From Spirochaetia bacterium (lineage in GTDB: Bacteria; Spirochaetota; Spirochaetia; DSM-2461), in assembly GCA_963668315.1 (NCBI GenBank), contig OY764216.1, positions 3,136,001-3,200,000 of the forward strand: a DNA stretch of 64,000 nt, written 5' to 3'. The notes under the pieces are model-generated. The model worked only from the letters and a program-made list of their open reading frames with translations, had not been told where the DNA came from and ran no database searches. Numbering within the stretch: the first letter of the stretch is position 1; every line of letters begins with the position of its first letter. The position numbers and the translations under genes were made by a program. This document shows positions 57,193 to 64,000 of this stretch, piece after piece.

Positions 57193-59727
57193 ATGATGGA
57201 ATGGCTTCGGGACATGTCGCCCCTCTGGCTTCTGATCCCCGCGGGCATTATGATAATGCTCTTATTGCTGCTTATCAGAAGGCTTATGTTTGTGCGCCGT
57301 CTGAACAGAATTGAAAAGGGAGAGGTTTTTTCTGGAAACTTGTCCCGAAAGGAACTGGTACGCTATTACCATCTGGTAGAAAAGAAAATGGCCAATCCCG
57401 ACTCTCCCCTTTTCAAAAGAGAAGAGATCGGGAATCTATGGGTGGAGAAGCTGATTCAGACGGGAGGGGCCAAATGGTTTCGTCTCATTGCCGCCCATTT
57501 TCCCGGAGAATATCTTTATCCCTGTTTCCTTCAAAGCCTGAAGAAAAGGAAACTATTCAAGGTTTTTCAGGAAAATCTCGATCCCGATGATATTCTTACC
57601 ATGGAAAAACTGGGGATGAGCTGCGGCTCCCAGCCTTTCGACGGTAAAACGGCTTCCGAACTTCTGGACAGCCGAAAAAATATCCTGCGGAAAATGATAG
57701 GTTCAGAATCGGCGGATGTCCGCTTTTTCGCTTACAATATCCTTGTCCATTACGGTGATGACCTCTCTTTAAAAACGGTTATGAAGGGATTTGCCGACAG
57801 CTCGCGCCCGGTGAGGAAACTGCTTGTAGAAAAAACGCCCTTTGATAACCGTTCCGAAGCCTATGCCCTGCTGGAAAGTCTTCTTTTTACCGATCCCAGC
57901 CAGTCGGTGAGAAAAGCCGCCGCCCTGCGCATAAAGAAGGACTTCGGAGATTTAAAGAAGATAGACATAACAAAAATGTCCGTGGATCAGGCTCTCCATT
58001 ATCTGACCCTTATGGATCCCGAATCGGATAAGGACGAAATCAGTGCTCTCGAATTTCTGAAATCCGAAGATAAGTCCCTTGTCAGAGAATCGGCGCTATT
58101 TCTGCAGAAGCGCGGTGTTCTTCTCCGTTTTGCCGTAGAACTGCATCTGGGGGACAGGGATGATTTTGACAGGAAAGTGGAACTTTTAAAGCGGGCTGTC
58201 AAAGTGAATGTCACCGGTTTTTTCGATAACTATCCCTGGGAGAGCGATGCGGCCCTTCTGGCGGCGGCGGAACTTCTCAAGGGGAGGGGAGATCTGGATA
58301 TCCTCGAGAAAATGGCCTCCTCTGTCTTTTCCCGCGACCCCTATGGATCGGAATACTCTCTGGAAATATATGAAACTCTGGTCTATGCCGTTGACGGAAC
58401 GGCTTCCGATGAATGCCACAGGATGAAAGCCCTGGAACTGAAAAAATACCAGAATGACCATCGGATTATGAATATCCTGCTCGCCTCCATCCCCGGGGAA
58501 AGGGAGTTCTATTATCGGGACGATCTCTTTTACCTCTTGGAACACGGACAGGACTTCTGCCGGCGCCTTGTCAGGGAACGGTTGAAAGAATATGAACCGG
58601 CCCTGATTCTGACTCAGCTGAACGATAAGCTGCTCGATGAATCCAATTCCGTCCGTTTCCGTTCCGATGTGCTTATGATTCTGGCCGAATTCCATCTCGA
58701 TTACACCCTTCAGATGATCATGGAGCATCTTCCCCTTCTCGATGAGGATGAGCTTCTGGAGATATCATCGGCCCTGGAACTCTTTTCCCGGGAAAAACTC
58801 CACTCCCTGGCGGAAATCCTCTTTGAATCCTGCGACGGCGATATCCATCGCTCTCTCATCTATGCCCTTCCCCTGGCCGAAGCCCGGTTGTTTCTTGACC
58901 GTCTGCGGAAGCTGCTCGGAAGCAGGGACTGGGACATCCGCAACGCGGTGCTCGTCAAACTTCACGGGATGGGAGAGCTTACCCTATCGGGGGGACTCCC
59001 CATGCTTAACGATCCGGATGAACACGTCAGGATGACGGCCGTGTCTCTCTTGATGGATCTGGATGAAGAGGATGTCCGGGAAGTGATCGGCGAACTTCTC
59101 AGAAGTGAGAAAGAGTCGGCCTCGGTGAAAAAAGCCATTATCATGGGGCTGATTAAATCGGAGAATGACGGCTCCCTTGATCTGCTCTTTGATTATATGG
59201 CCCGCCTGGAAGAGGGGAGGCCGAAGATCATCGAGCTTCTTGCCCTGAGGCATGACCGTTTTCATGTAGAAGGTCTGGTGAGGAACTATCTGAAAGCCGA
59301 ACCGGCCTTCAGGGAAGAGCTGAAGCATCTCTTTGTTCATCTGGGGATTTCCATGGGTGAGTCGTTGGCGCTGATTCTCAGGGAGCAGTCCACCGAGGCA
59401 CGGAAAATGATTGAGGAGATCCTGGCTGAGGGCGGTTATATCGACCGTCTGGCCGCTTTGCTGAACAGCCCCGAAGTATCCCAGCGGATAGGGGCAGCCG
59501 AGGGACTTATCGCCATGGAGACGAAGGATGCGCTGAAAGCGGCCCTACTGGCGGCGGGCGATCCGGAGAAAGCCGTGAGAATTGCCCTGGTGAAGGCTCT
59601 GGAAAGGCTGAACACTCCGGGTACCAATGAAATGATGGCGGATCTTTGTGAAGATCCGGATAAAAAGGTGCGCCATTTTGCCCTTTGGGCCAGGGAACGC
59701 CTGGAAAGCCGCAACCGGAACTTCTGA
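57193..59727 (+). CDS. Membrane-anchored HEAT-repeat protein
   Basis: N-terminal TM; repeated DP...VR..A motifs. Confidence 0.8.
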   Translation: MMEWLRDMSPLWLLIPAGIMIMLLLLLIRRLMFVRRLNRIEKGEVFSGNLSRKELVRYYHLVEKKMANPDSPLFKREEIGNLWVEKLIQTGGAKWFRLIAAHFPGEYLYPCFLQSLKKRKLFKVFQENLDPDDILTMEKLGMSCGSQPFDGKTASELLDSRKNILRKMIGSESADVRFFAYNILVHYGDDLSLKTVMKGFADSSRPVRKLLVEKTPFDNRSEAYALLESLLFTDPSQSVRKAAALRIKKDFGDLKKIDITKMSVDQALHYLTLMDPESDKDEISALEFLKSEDKSLVRESALFLQKRGVLLRFAVELHLGDRDDFDRKVELLKRAVKVNVTGFFDNYPWESDAALLAAAELLKGRGDLDILEKMASSVFSRDPYGSEYSLEIYETLVYAVDGTASDECHRMKALELKKYQNDHRIMNILLASIPGEREFYYRDDLFYLLEHGQDFCRRLVRERLKEYEPALILTQLNDKLLDESNSVRFRSDVLMILAEFHLDYTLQMIMEHLPLLDEDELLEISSALELFSREKLHSLAEILFESCDGDIHRSLIYALPLAEARLFLDRLRKLLGSRDWDIRNAVLVKLHGMGELTLSGGLPMLNDPDEHVRMTAVSLLMDLDEEDVREVIGELLRSEKESASVKKAIIMGLIKSENDGSLDLLFDYMARLEEGRPKIIELLALRHDRFHVEGLVRNYLKAEPAFREELKHLFVHLGISMGESLALILREQSTEARKMIEEILAEGGYIDRLAALLNSPEVSQRIGAAEGLIAMETKDALKAALLAAGDPEKAVRIALVKALERLNTPGTNEMMADLCEDPDKKVRHFALWARERLESRNRNF

Positions 59728-59758
59728 TGTTTCCTGAGGGACTTTCATCCCTCCGCGG

Positions 59759-60541
59759 CTAATCGATACGCCTGATGCGGCAGTAATAGATGGGACCTGC
59801 CTTATCGTGATCGGGAAGGATATGATGTCCGTATCGGGTGTTTTCTCCCTTTTCAAAGAGGGGCGGTTCCACGGCGAAACGGCCTTTTCTTTTTTTGAGA
59901 AGCCTGTCTATGATCATATCGTTTTCCTCTTCGGCCAGAGCGCAGGTACTGTAGACGATCAGCCCTCCGGGTTTGACCGTTTCCAGGGCGGAGCAGAGAA
60001 GGGAAAACTGCCGGGGGGCCAGACTTTTAATCCGTCCGGGAGACCATTTTTTCAGGTGTTCCGGTGAATTGAGGACGTGACGTTCCGAGGAGCAGGGCGC
60101 ATCAAGAAGAATCTTGTCGTAGGAGGAGGGTTCGTATCTGTACCAGAGGGAACCGTCATAACCGGTATATTCGATATTTTCCCGCCATTCCGGTCTGAGA
60201 TGGTTCTCCATGACCTGTCTGAGCCTCCTCCGTCTGTCCGGGGAGAGGTCATTCACCGTCAGCCGGCCCGTCCCGCCAAGGGCGGAGGCCAGAATCAGGG
60301 ATTTACCCCCCGGGGCGGCGCACATATCCAGGACGGATTCGCCCTTTTCCACGGCCAGTTCTCTGGGGGGATAGAGGGAGGCTTCGTCGAGAAAATAGGG
60401 TTGGAGCAGATCCTCCTCAAGGGAATAATGGTCAATTTCCCCATAGAGTGAGGTTTTCAGGGCGGGCCATCTCTCCCCCCATCTTTTTGAATAATACTCT
60501 TCGAAGAGAACATCTCCGGTTTTTCTATCTTTTTTTGCCAT
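59759..60541 (-). CDS. RsmB/RsmF (NOL1/NOP2) RNA m5C methyltransferase
   Basis: LDMCAAPGGK, LDAPCS, YSTC. Confidence 0.9.
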   Translation of the reverse strand: MAKKDRKTGDVLFEEYYSKRWGERWPALKTSLYGEIDHYSLEEDLLQPYFLDEASLYPPRELAVEKGESVLDMCAAPGGKSLILASALGGTGRLTVNDLSPDRRRRLRQVMENHLRPEWRENIEYTGYDGSLWYRYEPSSYDKILLDAPCSSERHVLNSPEHLKKWSPGRIKSLAPRQFSLLCSALETVKPGGLIVYSTCALAEEENDMIIDRLLKKRKGRFAVEPPLFEKGENTRYGHHILPDHDKAGPIYYCRIRRID

Positions 60542-60760
60542 TTTCACGACTATCATGCCATATTCAAAGGGATTTGATCCAGTGCCGTGATAAAAGAGGA
60601 GGGATAATCCTTTTGTTCCCGCCTGCCCCTCTCTTTCGAAAGGGGGAATTCCCGCGCTTTTTTTGTGCAACCCTTTACTTTGCCCCCCCATATGTACTAT
60701 TTTTTAAGGAATGGGGACAGACATTTACCCCCGAGATTTCCCACCAAAAAGGAGGCCATT

Positions 60761-62518
60761 ATGGCTGATCAGGAGATAAGGCAGAAAGCGGAGAGTTATC
60801 TGGACCAGGAGTGGAACAGCGTCTTCAAGGATGAGGTCCGCCAGCTTATAGATAATAATGACGATAAGGAGCTGCGCGAGCGGTTCTACCGGGAACTGGA
60901 TTTCGGAACGGGAGGACTCCGCGGCGAAATCGGCGGCGGATATAACCGTATGAATTCCTACACCGTGGCCAAAGCGACCCAGGGGCTGGCCAACTATATC
61001 AAGGCGAACGGGCCTGCGGACAAGCAGAGCGTCGTCATATCCTATGACAGCCGGAACTACTCCGATCTTTTCTCCCAGACCGCGGCGGAAGTACTGGCGG
61101 CCAACGGGATAAAAACCTACCTCTTCACATCGCTGAGACCCACGCCGGTTTTATCCTTTGCCGTACGCAAGCTGGGCACGTGCGCGGGAATCATGGTCAC
61201 CGCCAGCCATAATCCGGCCAAGTACAACGGCTATAAGGTTTTCTGGGAAGACGGAGCCCAGGTCACTCCTCCCCACGATAAGGGCATTATTACCGAAGTG
61301 GCGAAGGTCACCGATAATATCAGGAGAATCGACCTGGAAGCGGCCCTTGCCGCCGGATCTATCGTCATGGTCGATAAAGAGATCGATGACGCCTATAACG
61401 ACATGTGCAAGGCTCAGTGCCTCAGGCCCGAACTGGTCAGGGAGAAGGGGAAGAATCTGAAGATCGTTTATACGCCTCTTCACGGAGCCGGAACGGTACC
61501 TGTGGAACGGCTTCTTTCCGATGTGGGCATAGAAGTCTTTACCGTTCCCGAACAGCGGGAGCCGGACGGGGACTTTCCCACCGTGGCTTTTCCCAATCCC
61601 GAAATCACTCCCGCCATGGACCTCTCCCTCAAATACGCCCGTAAACAGGGCGCCGACCTTGTCATGGGGACAGATCCCGACGCGGACCGAATCGGTATTG
61701 CCGTACCCGACGGCGACGACTGGACTCTCATTACGGGTAACCAGCTGGGCGCTCTTTTGACGGACTATATTTTCCGGAGCCGCCAGGAACAGGGCCTGAT
61801 GCCCGACCGGCCGGCTTTCATCAACACCATCGTGACGACGAATCTCCAGTTCGATATCGCCCAGGCCTACGGAGCCGCCTGTTTCAAAGTACTGACGGGA
61901 TTCAAGTACATCGGCGAGAAGATAGGCGAGTGGGACAAAACCGAAGAGTATCAGTACATCTTCGGCGGAGAAGAGAGCTACGGCTTCCTCGTGGAAACGG
62001 ACGCCCGGGACAAGGATGCCGTCTCCGCCGCTCTTCTGACCGCAGAGATGGCTCTCTGGAATGTTAACCGGGGCTTTACCGTTCTGGATCACCTCAAGGA
62101 GATCTGGCAGACCTACGGCTACTATGAGGAGTTCCTCATTTCCCAGTATTTTGAAGGGGAAGCGGGAGCGGGTATTATGGCCGGACTGATGAAGACTCTC
62201 CGGGAGGACAAACCCCGTGAGTGGGGCGATCTCAAAGCCCGCTCTCTCATGGATTTCAAGGACGGGACGACCGTGGATCTGGAGACGGGAAAGAAGGAGA
62301 AGAATATCGATCTGCCCTCATCCAACGTTCTCCAGTTTGTCATGGAGGACGGAAGCCTCGTCACGGCCAGACCCTCGGGAACCGAACCGAAAATTAAATT
62401 CTACGGTTCCTGCTGTGTGAAACCCTGTGTTGATCTGGAAGAGGCGAAGAGAGTCACTTCGGCGCGCATTAAAAGCGTGGAAGCCCGGGTGGGAGAGCTG
62501 ATCAAATCGGTCCAGTAG
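60761..62518 (+). CDS. Phosphoglucomutase/phosphomannomutase
   Basis: [34 protein letters not shown]. Confidence 0.95.
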   Translation: MADQEIRQKAESYLDQEWNSVFKDEVRQLIDNNDDKELRERFYRELDFGTGGLRGEIGGGYNRMNSYTVAKATQGLANYIKANGPADKQSVVISYDSRNYSDLFSQTAAEVLAANGIKTYLFTSLRPTPVLSFAVRKLGTCAGIMVTASHNPAKYNGYKVFWEDGAQVTPPHDKGIITEVAKVTDNIRRIDLEAALAAGSIVMVDKEIDDAYNDMCKAQCLRPELVREKGKNLKIVYTPLHGAGTVPVERLLSDVGIEVFTVPEQREPDGDFPTVAFPNPEITPAMDLSLKYARKQGADLVMGTDPDADRIGIAVPDGDDWTLITGNQLGALLTDYIFRSRQEQGLMPDRPAFINTIVTTNLQFDIAQAYGAACFKVLTGFKYIGEKIGEWDKTEEYQYIFGGEESYGFLVETDARDKDAVSAALLTAEMALWNVNRGFTVLDHLKEIWQTYGYYEEFLISQYFEGEAGAGIMAGLMKTLREDKPREWGDLKARSLMDFKDGTTVDLETGKKEKNIDLPSSNVLQFVMEDGSLVTARPSGTEPKIKFYGSCCVKPCVDLEEAKRVTSARIKSVEARVGELIKSVQ

Positions 62519-62584
62519 ACTGACTGTGTAGACTGACAGGCCGCTTCCCCTGAGTGTTTCCGGACATCCCGGGGATGGGGCGGT

Positions 62585-64000
62585 TCAGTCTTCCACAGGC
62601 CCCAGCAGGTAGGAATGGTTTCTGCCGATCTCTTCAATGAGCCTTATCAGGGTAAGATCGGAGGGAAGGGATCCTTCACACCTCCCCCCGGGGGACATAT
62701 TCCCTTCGTAAACCAGACCTTCGGAACGGATGAACACCTTTGCTCCTTCTATGAAAAATCCTCCGTTCCGGCTGTCGTCGAAATCCTCCTTCCTTGAGAA
62801 AAGGGTGATTTTCTCCCTGTAGGGACGGCCGTCCCAGGGGCAGAAGGTAGCACAGTTGCCGCATTCGTTACAGTAGGCGTCCAGATGAATGATCTGCCGG
62901 CTGTTCTTCATGTCGGATAGTTCTATGGCTATGTTGGCCCTGTTGGGACAGACGTCAACGCACTTCTCGCATCTAATATCGCAGCTGAGGCAGCGTTCTC
63001 CTTCCCGCCGGGCGAAAATTTCGGCGTCATAGGGGATTTTCCTGTCCAAAGGTTCCAGAATAAGGCCCTTCTTCGGGGACATTCCCCTGTCTGTCGCGGC
63101 AGGGGGCAGAGAGGGTTCCCCGACGGGACTTTCTCCTTCCCTTCTGAGCAGTTCATTCACCGCCTTGCGGGCATCCGCCATGGCGCCTACGATGGTGGAG
63201 GGGCCAGTCCGTCCGTCGCCGATGATGAACACACCGGACCGTTCTGTTTCGTTATTCCCGTCAACCATAACGTGCCCTCTGCTGTCGGCGGGCAGTCCGG
63301 CTGCCGAGAGTTCTTCCCGGTCCACCCTTTCCCCGATGGAGGGAATGAGCGTATCGCAGGGGATCCTTTCCGTCACATCCGTGGGAACGGCCTGCCTGCG
63401 GCCCGATTCATCGGGTTCCCCCAATGCCATCACGCGGAGGGTCACCGTTCCGTCATCATTCAGACATTCCGGATTTCTCAGCCAGAGGAAAGAGATGTTT
63501 TCGGCCAGGCACTCCTCATACTCCTCCTCGGTGGCGGGCATCTGCCTTTCCGAACGGCGGTAGACGAGAGTGACACTTTCCACACCCTTCACCTTAAGGG
63601 CCGCCCGGGCCGAATCCATAGCCGTATCTCCCGCGCCGGCGACAACCACGTGACGACCCAGTTCAAGGGAATCCCTTTCCCTGTTGAAGCGATTGATGAA
63701 GGTAAAGGAGGGAAGAAGGCGTGAGCTGTCCCCCGTGATGGGAAAGGGACGTATCCTGTCGGCTCCCAGAGCGAGAAAAACATAGCTGAATCCCTGCTCC
63801 TTAAGGGATTCCAGGGAAAAATCCCAAGTATAATTCAGCCGGATATCCACCCCCAGACTTTCCACGAAGGCCACATCCTTTTCAATGGCTTCCCGGGGGA
63901 TGCGGAATTCGGGAATATTATGCTCCACCACGCCTCCGGCCTTATCGTTTTCATCGAAGACCGTAACGGGAAAACCCTTTCTTGCCAGAAATGAGGCCGC
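62585..64000 (-). CDS. ygfK: YgfK-like Fe-S flavo-oxidoreductase, 5' part outside window
   Basis: GAGDTAMD, RCLSC..CEKCVDVCPNRAN, CNECGNCATFCP; frame open to window end. Confidence 0.8.
   Translation of the reverse strand, partial: AASFLARKGFPVTVFDENDKAGGVVEHNIPEFRIPREAIEKDVAFVESLGVDIRLNYTWDFSLESLKEQGFSYVFLALGADRIRPFPITGDSSRLLPSFTFINRFNRERDSLELGRHVVVAGAGDTAMDSARAALKVKGVESVTLVYRRSERQMPATEEEYEECLAENISFLWLRNPECLNDDGTVTLRVMALGEPDESGRRQAVPTDVTERIPCDTLIPSIGERVDREELSAAGLPADSRGHVMVDGNNETERSGVFIIGDGRTGPSTIVGAMADARKAVNELLRREGESPVGEPSLPPAATDRGMSPKKGLILEPLDRKIPYDAEIFARREGERCLSCDIRCEKCVDVCPNRANIAIELSDMKNSRQIIHLDAYCNECGNCATFCPWDGRPYREKITLFSRKEDFDDSRNGGFFIEGAKVFIRSEGLVYEGNMSPGGRCEGSLPSDLTLIRLIEEIGRNHSYLLGPVED

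Noticed and set aside
1..64000. Integron integrase, group II intron or reverse transcriptase explaining the array
   Set aside because: No ORF in the track shows tyrosine-recombinase (R-H-R-H-Y) or RT (YxDD) motifs in a credible context

Overview
The window has two very different halves. (1) About 1-28.5 kb is AT-rich and is an integron-type gene-cassette array: 12 attC-like sites (9 intact, 2 split by an IS, 1 truncated), all in the + orientation. It is riddled with IS481-, IS3- and IS256-family elements whose ends and target duplications can be read directly. No integron integrase is visible in the window; it would be expected left of position 1. Cargo: a ~1260-aa PIN-domain protein, a restriction-endonuclease/IrrE-peptidase fusion, two copies of a PemK/MazF toxin-antitoxin cassette with a 7-bp VNTR (28 vs 19 units), a serine hydrolase plus an archaeal-type riboflavin kinase, a HAD hydrolase, AlbA_2/Schlafen and AAA ATPases, a truncated Fic gene and an FMN-binding protein. 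There are also two ORF-less cassettes that share a ~30-bp-repeat leader and a near-identical attC with a gene-loaded cassette. (2) About 28.7-64 kb is GC-richer, probably spirochaetal chromosome (inference): TetR with hypB-flavin/Fe-S oxidoreductase-hypA (no hydrogenase nearby), a FecR/CHASE2 adenylate-cyclase cluster, hydrolases, gatCAB-aspS (GatC with a poly-Asn tract), argF, trkHA, cmoB, tRNA-Asp and tRNA-Pro, LysM/M23 and a sigma-70 factor, an RsmB/F-type methylase, a phosphomutase and a partial YgfK-like gene. All assignments come from motif reading by eye; no searches were run.
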